The position numbers and the translations under genes were made by a program. DNA of 64,000 nucleotides, from positions 1,664,001 through 1,728,000 of the forward strand of contig OZ244052.1 in the NCBI GenBank assembly GCA_965215125.1. The letters are read 5' to 3'. Position 1 is the stretch's first letter, and each line of letters opens with the position of its first letter. Under the pieces are notes generated by a model that saw only the letters and a list, made by a program, of their open reading frames with translations, was not told the DNA's origin and made no database searches. The stretch comes from an uncultured candidatus Porisulfidus sp. (GTDB lineage Bacteria > Pseudomonadota > Gammaproteobacteria > Poriferisulfidales > Oxydemutatoraceae). Shown in pieces: positions 29,701 through 38,847 of this stretch.

Positions 29701-32700
29701 ACAAACAGCTATGCGGCAGGTTCTGTCACGGGTATAGGTTTAGCCGCAAGTGGTGATTATGTAGGTGGTTTAATCGGTCTATTGCGTGGTGGTGAGGGCA
29801 TCACGAACAGCTATGCGACGGGGGATGTTGAAGTTAGAGGAGCTATTAATGCAGGTAGTTTAGCAGGCTTCGCCAACAATGCCATCACGAACAGCTATGC
29901 GACGGGTTCTGTCACGGGTACGGAGTCTGCTAACATAGGTGGTTTGATCGGTTCAGTCAGTAATCAAGATCTTATTAGCTATAGTTATTGGCTAAAGGAA
30001 GCGGATTCTATGCTTAGCGATTTAAGCACGGGTGAATTGCTTTCGTATACCGCAGGACGAACTGCGGAGGAACTCAAATCACCTACCGAACCGGGAAGGA
30101 CTCGAACCGATGTTTATTACAGATGGGATACGAGAAGTTGGGATTTCGGCACTGCGGATCAATTCCCGGCACTCAAAGCCTCGGACGGCGATACTTTTTT
30201 ACCCGGTCAGAGAACGGGGTTGAGAGAATTAGAAATATTAACGGCCGGTGCGGGGTTGACTCCGGCTTTCGGAGCATCGACAAGCCGTTATGTTATGTCT
30301 ATTTCTCCCGGTACGGACAGTATCGATCTGAGATTGAGGACATATAACATCAATGCGACGGTTAAAATTGTCACAGAAGAAGATCCCACCGTTGATTATT
30401 TCGTCGACAAGGGTAGCAGCGGGCAAAGTGACCCTATTCCTGTAGATGCCGATACTGTACTGGTCATCACGGTCGCCGAATCTAATGCTCATGTGACTTT
30501 TTATCGGATTGTGCTGATAGAGACAGCCTTGCCGCCTTGTACTACTTCCTTATTAAACACCTACACCGATAGCGACGGTGTAGATCAAGCTATGGATATT
30601 GACAAGGACGGCGATGGCTTGATAGAGATCTGTGACTTGGAGGGGCTTCATGCAATGCGCTATCAACCCGATGGTAAGGGTTATAAGGCAGATGCCGATG
30701 CAATGAAAATAACACAAGGTTGTCCCCCCGGCGGTTGCACGGGTTTTGAGCTGACCATGAGCTTGGACTTCATGGGGGACGCGAGTTATCGCGCAACAAC
30801 GAACAAAGCGATATACACGGTTGCCGATTACAACGATAGCAACGATGAAGGCTGGCAACCGATCGGGAACTCTTCCGATGCTTTCGGCACAAAATTTGAA
30901 GGCAACGGCTATGCGATATCTAATCTTATGATCAACAGAGTTGGCACCGATGATGTAGGCTTGTTCGGTTATACGATCGGTGCGGCTGAAATTGCTAATC
31001 TGAGTTTGCTTGATGTGCATATCATAGGAGATAACAACGTAGGCAGTTTAGTCGGTGATAATCAAGGCACCGTTACGAACAGCTACGCAAAGGGTTCCGT
31101 TTCGGGGCCTGGTGGGGTGGGCGGTTTAGTTGGTCGCAATGGTTCCGGTGGTTTCATCACGAACAGCTATGTAATGGGAGATGTTACCGGGTCTAGTGGG
31201 GTGGGCGGTTTAGTTGGTCGCAATGGTTCCGGTGGTTCCATCACGAACAGCTATGTAATGGGAGATGTTACCGGGTCTAGTGGGGTGGGCGGTTTAGTTG
31301 GTAGTAATCAAGGCACCATCAGATATAGTTATTCACTAAAGGAAACGGGCTCTAGTCTTAATAGTATAGGTTCCGGCCTGCAGCTCTCTTATGAGGCAAG
31401 GCGAACTGCCGCGATGCTCAAATCACCTACCGAACCAGGGACTACCCAAACCGATGTTTATTACGGATGGGATACGAGAAGTTGGGATTTCGGAACCGCG
31501 GATCAATTCCCGATACTCAAAGTCTCGGGTAGCGATACTTTGCTACTCGGTCAGGGAATAGGTTTGCGGACATTAGAAATATCAACAGCCGGTGCGAAAT
31601 TGAATCCGACCTTCGGAGCATCGACAACCCATTATGTTATAGCTAGCAAAGCGGATAGCATCGTTCTGGAATTGAGTGCCTATAATCCCGATGCGACGAT
31701 TAAAATCGTTACAGAAGCAGATCCCTCCGTTGATTATTTTGACGGCGAGGGTGGTAGTGGTCGGAGCACTCCTATTACCATAAACGGCAGGTCTGTGTTG
31801 GTCATCACGGTTAGCGAATCTAATGCCCGAATGACTTCCTATCGGATCGTGTTGATACGGACACCCTTGCCGCCATGCACTGCTTTCTTCTTAGACACCT
31901 ACATCGATAGCGACGGTGTAGACCAAGTTATGGATATTGACAAGGACGGCAACGGTTTGATAGAGATCTGTGACTTGGAGGGGCTTCATTCAATGCGCTA
32001 TCAACCCGATGGTAAGGGTTATAAGGCAAGTGCCGATGCAATGATAATAACATCGGGTTGTCCCTCCGGCGGTTGCACGGGTTTTGAGCTGACCATGAGC
32101 TTGGACTTCATGGGGGACGCAAGTTATCGCGCAACAACGAACAAAGCAATATATACGGTTGCCGATTACAACGATAGCAACGATGAAGGCTGGCAACCGA
32201 TCGGGAGCTCCTCTAATACTTTCGGCACAAAATTTGAAGGCAACGGCTATACGATATCTAATCTTATGATCAACAGAGTTGGAACCGATAATGTAGGTTT
32301 GTTCGGTTATACGGGAAGTGGGGCTCAAATTGTTAGGCTGGGTTTGCTCAATGTGAATATCAAAGGAGCTTCTTTAGTCGGTAGTTTAGTCGGTTATAAT
32401 CAAGGCACCGTCATGGACGGCTATGCGACGGGTTCTGTTTCAGGGAATAATCAAGTAGGCGGTTTGATTGGTAGTAATACAGGCAGTAATGGCCGAATCA
32501 CGAACAGCTATGCGACGGGTTCTGTTTCAGGGAATAATAATATAGGCGGTTTGATTGGTAGTAATATAAGAGGTAGTTCTATCACGAGAAGCCATGCGAC
32601 GGGTTCTGTTTCAGGGAATAATCAAGTAGGCGGTTTGCTCGGTCTTAATACGCTTCCTGATAGCCGCATCACGAACAGTTATGCGACGGGTTCTGTTTCA

Positions 32701-34878
32701 GGAGCGAGCTGGGTAGGCGGGTTAGTGGGTTGGAATCATCTTTTTAGCAGTATTCAGACCAGCTATGCGACGGGTGCTGTCTCGGGGTCCGGTTCTAATG
32801 TAGGCGGTTTGGCCGGTCGTAATCAAGCCACCATTAGCTATAGTTATTGGCTCAGTGGCTCTGCGAGTAGGGGAGGTACGGGTGTTGCCACGAATACCCA
32901 AAAAACCGCCGAGGCTCTCAAATCACCCATGACTAATACCGGGATATATAGTAATTGGAATTCCTCGGTATGGGATTTCGGTACTTCGGATCAATTCCCG
33001 GCACTCAAAGCCTTGAGTGGTACCTTGCTACCCGGTCAAGGGATGAAATTAGATGAAAGTTTAGGAGCGGGTTTAAGAGAGAGTATAAGAGAGTTAGAAG
33101 TATTAACACCGAACACGTCATTAAGTCCAACTTTCGGAGTTTCGACAACCCATTATGTTATAACTTTTTTCACTACCGGTGCCCCGATAGACATTGTTCT
33201 GAGATTGAGAGCCTATGACCCCGATGCGGAGATTAAAATTGTCAAAGAAGAAGACCCTACCGTTAACTATTTTGCCGGCAGGGGTCGTAGCGGCGAAAGC
33301 GATCCTATCACCATAGACGGTAGCACAGTAATCGGTATCACGGTTGGCGCAGCCAATGCCGGTAACGCCTCTTATAGAATTGTATCGGAACAAATGACCT
33401 TGCCACCGTGTACCGAATCTTTAGGCTTTCCCGATGATAACGACGGCCCTGAAGCTTTGGATATTGATAAGAATGGCAACGGATTGATAGAGATCTGTGA
33501 CTTGGAAGGTCTTCATGCAATGCGCTACCAGACGGATGGAACGGGTTATAAGACGAGTGCCGATGTAAGCGCAATAACGGTAGGTTGTCCCGCCGTCGGT
33601 TGCATGGGTTATGAACTGACTAGAAGTTTGGACTTCATGGTTGACGACAGCTATCGCGCGACGAGTAACAGGGTAATATATACCGTTGCCGATTACAACG
33701 ATAGCGACGATCAAGGTTGGGAACCGATCGGGAGCTCTTCCGATACATTCAAGACAATATTTAACGGCAACGGCTATACGATATCCAATCTTATGATTAA
33801 CAGACTTGGTAGCGACGGAGTAGGCTTGTTCGGTTATATCGGGAATAATGCTGAAATTGCTAATCTGGGTTTGCTCAATGTGAATACGCGAGGGGCTTCT
33901 CAAGTAGGTGGCTTGGTTGGTGAGAATCGAGGCCTCATCACGACCAACTATGCGACAGGGACTATTTCAGGGAATAATAACATAGGTGGTTTAGCCGGTC
34001 GTAATACCGGTAGTAATAGCCATATAACGACCAGCTATGCGACCGGAAATGTTACAGGATCCGGTAATACGCAAGGCGGTTTAGTCGGTTGGAATACGTC
34101 CGATGGTTCCATCGCGAACGGCTATGCGACCGGAAATGTTACAGGATCCGGTAATACGCAAGGTAGTTTAGTCGGGCGCAATGATTCCGGTAGCTCTATC
34201 ACGAGAAGCTATGCGACCGGAAACGTTGTAGGATCTAGTGCCGTAGGTGGTTTAGTCGGTAATAATCAAGGTACCATTAGATATAGTTATTGGCGAAAAG
34301 AAACCGGTTCTGGTCTTAATAGCATAGGTGTTGATCCGCAGCTTTCTTATGAGGCGGGACAAACCGCTGCCGCACTCAAATCACCCACGGTAGCAACCGG
34401 AATATATAGTAATTGGAGCACCTCGGTATGGGATTTCGGCACTTCGGATCAATTCCCGATACTCAAAGCCTCGGACGGCAACTTGCTACCGAATCAAGGA
34501 ATGAAATTGGAAGGAGGATTAAGAGAATTAAAAGTATTAACACCCATCAGCGAATTGAGGCCGATTTTCGGAGTCTCGACGACTCATTATGTTATAACTG
34601 TTATTTCTATTACCGGTACCACGAGCAACATCGTTTTGAGATTGACGGCGTATAACCCTAAAGCGGAGATCGCAATCACTAAACAAGGAGAGACTACCAA
34701 TTATTTCGCCGGCAAGCGTAGCGGTGAAGAGAGCGATGATATCATCGTGGGTGAAGGCACCCTGCTGACCATTACGGCTGGCGACGGAATCGCCCCTTAT
34801 AGGATCACCCTTAGATTGTCGGAAGGTATCAAAATCCGAGCTGCAGTAAGAGTATTTTTAGAAGGCTCCCTTCGGTAG
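26788..34878 (+). CDS. Giant (about 2,700 aa) secreted GLUG-repeat / cadherin-like beta-sandwich surface protein
   Basis: Signal peptide; five modules, each DxDx[DN]xxGLIEI + Cys pair + GLUG beta-helix repeats + WDFG…Q[FL]P + a beta-sandwich; ends VRVFLEGSLR. Start is ATG 26788 or TTG 26743. Confidence 0.88.
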   Translation: MKFKMSKSDSAPRIIGRFLLIVFLLVIGGVQIVSAQTTLPLCTTSLDIPDDNDVVVQAMDIDKNNNGLIEICDLEGLHAMRYRLNGSGYQENADATVIMNGCAPGGCKGYELTRSLDFSDDDSYRTTANKVIWTSGNGWQPIGNFANSFNAVFEGNGYTISNLMINVVNNTETGLFGNTASGARITSIGLLNVNILGFQFMGSLVGDNGGTIINSYATGTIKNEREEAVSVHVGGLAGFNNGIISYSYAAVDVEDNVDRFNNVGGLAGFNNGIISYSYAAGSVTAENGSIGGLVGENGGTIINSYATGDVKETPGNPFNNVGGLVGRNALDSYITNSYAAGNTEGIFRSDVGGLVGENEFGTISGSYWLKETGSMLVAIDNYNGGPPLEYVAGQTAEDLKSPTTATGIYSSWNFRVWDFGTSGQLPVLKGMDGSTLLPGQGVGLRNLEVLAGNMKLVLDPVLTDSERYYTVGIPSGIENVNLRLRSYNTTATIKVVKQGEVSLNDYFSGKGSRGQSSPIRVDQDIETVVISVTEADGGTVSYTMYLLKERQVAISENGMIDTDNIVDEGSTITLEGVIVGGSGNYGYEWVITADEPLILSGTSTASPSFTIPGDYIKSATSTSTDIEILFTRIDNDDSSSIALSKTITIRKKNNGAPALDSGLTVSGFTLSFDRTKVSDADGIVTIDTYQWQKRDIDEGNWSDISAATTSGYTLVPSDRNKNDRLYRVRLSYTDAQGYEGIGYVIAIGFRVDVDTDDDGLIEIYYLEHLDAIRYDLGGTHYTATSGAVGINQGCKADGCSGYELLRSLDFNDDTSYASTSNKTLWTQTGAESGWQPIGDFSNTFNATFEGNDYTISNLIINRNIVYVGLFGYTGSNSTITSVGLLDIDISGVSVVGGLAGRNNGSIVGSYAIGSVVGTAERVNNLSMGGLVGWNAGSIIGSHAMGNVEGTGDVGISIGGLVGVDGLSSGSITNSYAAGSVTGIGLAASGDYVGGLIGLLRGGEGITNSYATGDVEVRGAINAGSLAGFANNAITNSYATGSVTGTESANIGGLIGSVSNQDLISYSYWLKEADSMLSDLSTGELLSYTAGRTAEELKSPTEPGRTRTDVYYRWDTRSWDFGTADQFPALKASDGDTFLPGQRTGLRELEILTAGAGLTPAFGASTSRYVMSISPGTDSIDLRLRTYNINATVKIVTEEDPTVDYFVDKGSSGQSDPIPVDADTVLVITVAESNAHVTFYRIVLIETALPPCTTSLLNTYTDSDGVDQAMDIDKDGDGLIEICDLEGLHAMRYQPDGKGYKADADAMKITQGCPPGGCTGFELTMSLDFMGDASYRATTNKAIYTVADYNDSNDEGWQPIGNSSDAFGTKFEGNGYAISNLMINRVGTDDVGLFGYTIGAAEIANLSLLDVHIIGDNNVGSLVGDNQGTVTNSYAKGSVSGPGGVGGLVGRNGSGGFITNSYVMGDVTGSSGVGGLVGRNGSGGSITNSYVMGDVTGSSGVGGLVGSNQGTIRYSYSLKETGSSLNSIGSGLQLSYEARRTAAMLKSPTEPGTTQTDVYYGWDTRSWDFGTADQFPILKVSGSDTLLLGQGIGLRTLEISTAGAKLNPTFGASTTHYVIASKADSIVLELSAYNPDATIKIVTEADPSVDYFDGEGGSGRSTPITINGRSVLVITVSESNARMTSYRIVLIRTPLPPCTAFFLDTYIDSDGVDQVMDIDKDGNGLIEICDLEGLHSMRYQPDGKGYKASADAMIITSGCPSGGCTGFELTMSLDFMGDASYRATTNKAIYTVADYNDSNDEGWQPIGSSSNTFGTKFEGNGYTISNLMINRVGTDNVGLFGYTGSGAQIVRLGLLNVNIKGASLVGSLVGYNQGTVMDGYATGSVSGNNQVGGLIGSNTGSNGRITNSYATGSVSGNNNIGGLIGSNIRGSSITRSHATGSVSGNNQVGGLLGLNTLPDSRITNSYATGSVSGASWVGGLVGWNHLFSSIQTSYATGAVSGSGSNVGGLAGRNQATISYSYWLSGSASRGGTGVATNTQKTAEALKSPMTNTGIYSNWNSSVWDFGTSDQFPALKALSGTLLPGQGMKLDESLGAGLRESIRELEVLTPNTSLSPTFGVSTTHYVITFFTTGAPIDIVLRLRAYDPDAEIKIVKEEDPTVNYFAGRGRSGESDPITIDGSTVIGITVGAANAGNASYRIVSEQMTLPPCTESLGFPDDNDGPEALDIDKNGNGLIEICDLEGLHAMRYQTDGTGYKTSADVSAITVGCPAVGCMGYELTRSLDFMVDDSYRATSNRVIYTVADYNDSDDQGWEPIGSSSDTFKTIFNGNGYTISNLMINRLGSDGVGLFGYIGNNAEIANLGLLNVNTRGASQVGGLVGENRGLITTNYATGTISGNNNIGGLAGRNTGSNSHITTSYATGNVTGSGNTQGGLVGWNTSDGSIANGYATGNVTGSGNTQGSLVGRNDSGSSITRSYATGNVVGSSAVGGLVGNNQGTIRYSYWRKETGSGLNSIGVDPQLSYEAGQTAAALKSPTVATGIYSNWSTSVWDFGTSDQFPILKASDGNLLPNQGMKLEGGLRELKVLTPISELRPIFGVSTTHYVITVISITGTTSNIVLRLTAYNPKAEIAITKQGETTNYFAGKRSGEESDDIIVGEGTLLTITAGDGIAPYRITLRLSEGIKIRAAVRVFLEGSLR

Positions 34879-34975
34879 AACCGCCCTAATGCTAAGTACT
34901 CGCATGATATTAATCGGTTGTGCCACATAATTTATGAATACTACCTGTAGGGGTGCACTATCGTGTCCGCCCTAA
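34876..34975. repeat. Degenerate mosaic repeat copy
   Basis: TAGAACCGCC start and acctgtaggggtgcactatcgtgtccgccc REP-like module. Confidence 0.6.
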
Positions 34976-34990
34976 AGTATCGTTTTGCAA

Positions 34991-35782
34991 ATGTTTAGTT
35001 TGGATATCATTCATGCGCTCAAGCGTTCATCGGTATTACGACTATCGGCTGTTTGCATATTGGATTTATGTTCGTCCACCAACGATTATTTGTTGTCTCG
35101 CAAGCCACCGCCTAAAGCCAAGTTTAATTTATGCGTTGCCGCTCGGCAGTATGCCGGACGAGGCCGCCGTGCTAAAAGCTGGCGTTCCGGCCATAACGGT
35201 GTCTATTTATCGGTATCATGGCAGGCAAATCCCGATACGACGAACGACGGCTGGTTACTTTTAATGGCTGCGGTGCGTTTAGCCGAGACCTTGCATGACT
35301 TAGGAATCTCCGAGATAGGTGTTAAATGGCCGAATGATTTGTATTATAAGGGTGCGAAATTGGCAGGCATACTGCTTGAGTATCGCGGCAATTCTGCGGT
35401 GATGGGTATCGGTTTGAATATTGCGACACCTTTGGATGTGGCGAAGAAACCCGATGTCAATTGGATCGGTTTGGAGCAAACCGGCATCGTCGTGCCGGCT
35501 TATGCCGATTTGGTCGCTTCGGTGGTCGATGTGGCGTTGGCAATCCATGAACGGATTGACATCGCCGAGCGCAAGCGGCGTTTTGCGGCGTTCGATATAT
35601 TGTATAATCGTAGCATTGAAATAGAAAACCGAGGAACTAAAACATTCGGGGTTGCCCGAGGTATAGATGAAAAAGCGCATTTACTCGTCGATAGCGACGG
35701 GCAGGTAGATGCGTATAATTATGGGGAAATTAGCGTTCGCGATGACAGAATTATTGATAGATGTGGGCAACAGCCGTTGTAA
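34991..35782 (+). CDS. birA: Biotin--[acetyl-CoA-carboxylase] ligase (no N-terminal HTH)
   Basis: SSTND, QYAGRGRR, KWPND, KLAGIL, GIGLN. Confidence 0.93.
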   Translation: MFSLDIIHALKRSSVLRLSAVCILDLCSSTNDYLLSRKPPPKAKFNLCVAARQYAGRGRRAKSWRSGHNGVYLSVSWQANPDTTNDGWLLLMAAVRLAETLHDLGISEIGVKWPNDLYYKGAKLAGILLEYRGNSAVMGIGLNIATPLDVAKKPDVNWIGLEQTGIVVPAYADLVASVVDVALAIHERIDIAERKRRFAAFDILYNRSIEIENRGTKTFGVARGIDEKAHLLVDSDGQVDAYNYGEISVRDDRIIDRCGQQPL

Positions 35783-36515
35783 ATACGCCTGTGTTGAAGA
35801 TCACCGCATTAAATTGCGCGGCGCATTGGCTTTGAACGATTTGAGTGAGATGTCCGATGTTGTGCAGAGATGTGGGAAGGTGGTGCCCGAAGTCGCTTAT
35901 ATGATCAGCGTTGCAAGCCGTAGCATCAATAGTTCCGTTGCCGATGCGGTTGCGCAGTATTTTGGGTATACTCCGATTTTGCTCGATAAAAAAATGCCGG
36001 TATGCGGTCTTAGGAGCGATTACGAGGCAACACAGTTGGGCATTGACCGCGTGGCAGTGATGGTTGCTGCTTGGCGGCGGTTGAGGCAAGCGTGTATCGT
36101 GGTGGATTTCGGAACGGCGGTGACCATCGATTTGATAGACGACGAGGGTGTGCATAAAGGCGGCGTGATTTTACCGAGTAATGCTTTGATGCGTTCTAGT
36201 TTGTCCGAAGGTACGGCGCAGTTGAATTATTTTGACGATACGGATAGACCACCTCGTGTTCCGGCGACGAATACCGAGGACGCAATCGCTTCGGGGTGTA
36301 GGCTTACACTGACGGCATCTATATCCCACATTGTGCGAGAAATGCAGAGGCAATTCACTCGCGATATTCCGGTGCTGGCAACCGGCGGTGGTGTTTGTTT
36401 GCCGGATCAAACAAACGGAAATTGTGCAATCGGCACATCGCTCAAATACTTATCCGTCGTTCCTACGCTGAACTTTGAGGGAATGATGGCACTGATAGAA
36501 ACATATTATGAATAG
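35742..36515 (+). CDS. coaX: Type III pantothenate kinase
   Basis: LLIDVGNSRCK, LGIDR, VVDFGTAVTID, GGVILP, ATGG; birA-coaX synteny. Confidence 0.93.
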   Translation: MTELLIDVGNSRCKYACVEDHRIKLRGALALNDLSEMSDVVQRCGKVVPEVAYMISVASRSINSSVADAVAQYFGYTPILLDKKMPVCGLRSDYEATQLGIDRVAVMVAAWRRLRQACIVVDFGTAVTIDLIDDEGVHKGGVILPSNALMRSSLSEGTAQLNYFDDTDRPPRVPATNTEDAIASGCRLTLTASISHIVREMQRQFTRDIPVLATGGGVCLPDQTNGNCAIGTSLKYLSVVPTLNFEGMMALIETYYE

Positions 36516-37569
36516 TATTACAGAAAGAACAGGTTTTTTAATCGTCGGCATCGGCGGGCTCGAAATATCAAAGGCGGAGCGAAAGTTTCTGAAGCATCCG
36601 GCGGTTGCCGGGGTGATTTTGTTCAGCCACAACTATCACGATAGAGCGCAAATTACCGAATTAATAGAAGCATTGCATAACATCAAACCGGGTTTTATCG
36701 TGTCGGTAGACCACGAGTGTCGAATTGTGCAGCGGTTTAAGAAAGGTTTTACCGGACTGCCGATGCCGATAGAGATAGGGCGATATTACGATGAAGATAA
36801 AGCTGCGGCATTAAACGCGGCTTACGCTTACGGCGTGATTGTCGGTTCCGAGATGCGCGACATCAATGTGGATTTGAGCTATCTTCCGGTAATGGATATT
36901 GCGCACTTTGACGGTGTAATCGGTGGGCGTGCTTTCCATAGCGACCCCGAAGCGGTGACAGAACTTAGCAAGGCGGTAGTCACCGGCTTGCACAATAGTA
37001 GTTTGCCTGCTTGTGGCAAGCACTTTCCCGGACACGGTTCAGTGCAAGGCGACACGCATACCGATATAATTCGTGACCCTAGAACCCGGTCCGAGATAGA
37101 GGCACACGACTTGTATCCTTTTGCCGACATGATTAAAAAGAAATATCTGGATTGCATCATGCTATCGCATATTGTCTACGAAGCCGTCTGCGATACGCCG
37201 GCGAGTTTATCCGAGCATTGGATTAAGGTCGTGTTGCGCGAGCAACTAGGTTTTGACGGGATAGTGTGCACCGACGATTTGGATATGGTCGGTAGTGGCA
37301 ATACCGACAGTGCCGTGCTTAAAAAAGCGATGAATGCAGGATGCGACTTATTATTGATTTGCCGACGCGGGGTATCGGAATTGAAGCAACTCATATCGGA
37401 TTTCGGCAAAGACGAGATAAATCGCTACAACCGCTTATCCTCCGAGCATTTGGGCGTAATAGATACGCATATACACAATAGAATACCGAAGGGTTCCAAG
37501 GCTTACGAGAACGCGGTTGCCAGGCTTAATGACTTGAATAATCGAGTGGATAACCCCCCCCGATCATGA
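36508..37569 (+). CDS. nagZ: Beta-N-acetylhexosaminidase (GH3)
   Basis: GVILF, KHFPGHGSVQGDTH, TDDLDM, AGCDLLL. Confidence 0.92.
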   Translation: MNSITERTGFLIVGIGGLEISKAERKFLKHPAVAGVILFSHNYHDRAQITELIEALHNIKPGFIVSVDHECRIVQRFKKGFTGLPMPIEIGRYYDEDKAAALNAAYAYGVIVGSEMRDINVDLSYLPVMDIAHFDGVIGGRAFHSDPEAVTELSKAVVTGLHNSSLPACGKHFPGHGSVQGDTHTDIIRDPRTRSEIEAHDLYPFADMIKKKYLDCIMLSHIVYEAVCDTPASLSEHWIKVVLREQLGFDGIVCTDDLDMVGSGNTDSAVLKKAMNAGCDLLLICRRGVSELKQLISDFGKDEINRYNRLSSEHLGVIDTHIHNRIPKGSKAYENAVARLNDLNNRVDNPPRS

Positions 37570-38672
37570 TAAACATCAATATGCTTGTAGGCGATTTGCA
37601 CGCACTGCTTCCCGGCATCAGTGCGCAGATATGGCTGATAATCGTCGTATTCATTTTTGTTTTTGCTCTCCTTTTATTTAACTGGTTGGTCAACCTGTTT
37701 ATGACGGCACTGGTCAGAAAAGCGAATACGACAAAGATGGTGTGGGATGAAATTATACTGAACAGCATCAAACCACCGATCAGATTGCTGATTTGGGTGG
37801 TCGGCATCAGCTATATAGCGGAGGCTGTCTGGAAGGTCTTATCCGATATTGATTTGGCATCCAAGGTCAGCACATTATTTATTATCTATACTTTGGCATG
37901 GTTTGCGATCAGGCTCCTAAAAGGTATAGATCGTCATATCGTCGGGCGGAAAGCCGACTATGAGGGTAAGTTCTTGGATGCTGCCAGCACTCGGGCAATC
38001 AACAAACTATTGCGTATTTCGGTGATTATTACCGCAGTGCTGTTGACGATGCAGACTATGGGTTACAACTTATCCGGTGTTTTGGCATTCGGTGGTGTCG
38101 GTGGACTGATCGTCGGTCTTGCGGCTAAAGACCTGTTGGCAAACTTTTTCGGTGGGCTGATGATTTATTTGGATCGTCCTTTTCAGGAAGGCGATTGGAT
38201 ACGTTCATCGGATCGCGATATAGAGGGTACCGTAGTCAACATCGGGTGGCGGTTGACGCAAATCAGAACTTTTGATAGATGTCCGCTCTATGTGCCTAAC
38301 TCTATGTTCACCAGCATAGTTTTGGAAAATCCCTCGCGCATGTCGCACCGACGCATCAATGAGGTGGTGGGCGTGCGCTACGACGATATTGCCAAGATAC
38401 CTACGATTGTCAAGCAAATCGAAGAAATGCTGATCGAACACGCCGATATAGACGAGGAAGAGGGCTTGGTCGTCAGCCTAAACGAGTTTGCCGACTCGTC
38501 GGTCAATATCAAAATTTATGCGTTCACCAAGCACAAAGATTTGGCATCTTATCAAATAGTTAAACAAGATACACTGCTCAAAATAAGCCACATCATCGAA
38601 GCACAAGGTGCCGAGATCGCATTTCCGACCCAAACCCTGCACATCGCCCGAGGCGATGCAGAAGCCGACTAA
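37566..38672 (+). CDS. MscS-family mechanosensitive channel (YnaI-like)
   Basis: LAFGGVGGLIVGLAAKDLLANFFGG, DRPFQEGDWI, EGTVVNIGWR, IAFPTQTL. Confidence 0.93.
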   Translation: MININMLVGDLHALLPGISAQIWLIIVVFIFVFALLLFNWLVNLFMTALVRKANTTKMVWDEIILNSIKPPIRLLIWVVGISYIAEAVWKVLSDIDLASKVSTLFIIYTLAWFAIRLLKGIDRHIVGRKADYEGKFLDAASTRAINKLLRISVIITAVLLTMQTMGYNLSGVLAFGGVGGLIVGLAAKDLLANFFGGLMIYLDRPFQEGDWIRSSDRDIEGTVVNIGWRLTQIRTFDRCPLYVPNSMFTSIVLENPSRMSHRRINEVVGVRYDDIAKIPTIVKQIEEMLIEHADIDEEEGLVVSLNEFADSSVNIKIYAFTKHKDLASYQIVKQDTLLKISHIIEAQGAEIAFPTQTLHIARGDAEAD

Positions 38673-38685
38673 GTCGGTTTATTTG

Positions 38686-38843
38686 GGGTTATTGAAAATG
38701 TATTGGCATCGCAAAAATCCAACCGCTTGCGCCACCCAATTACGCAAACCACCTGTAGGGGCGGACTAACATGTCCGCCCGATCAATCGGCAATTTAATG
38801 AAGTCCGCCCATGCGGTTCGTGGATACTTTTTCAACAGCCCCA
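38686..38843. repeat. MITE-like repeat with an internal REP palindrome
   Basis: ggggttattgaaaatgta…tactttttcaacagcccc inverted pair enclosing gtaggggcggactaacatgtccgccc. Confidence 0.8.
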
Positions 38844-38847
38844 TTTC

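Noticed and set aside
26788-34878. Diversity-generating retroelement target or RTX/autotransporter identity for the giant protein
   Set aside because: No reverse transcriptase, no obvious adenine-restricted mismatch pattern between repeats, no GGxGxD nonapeptides and no C-terminal beta-barrel.
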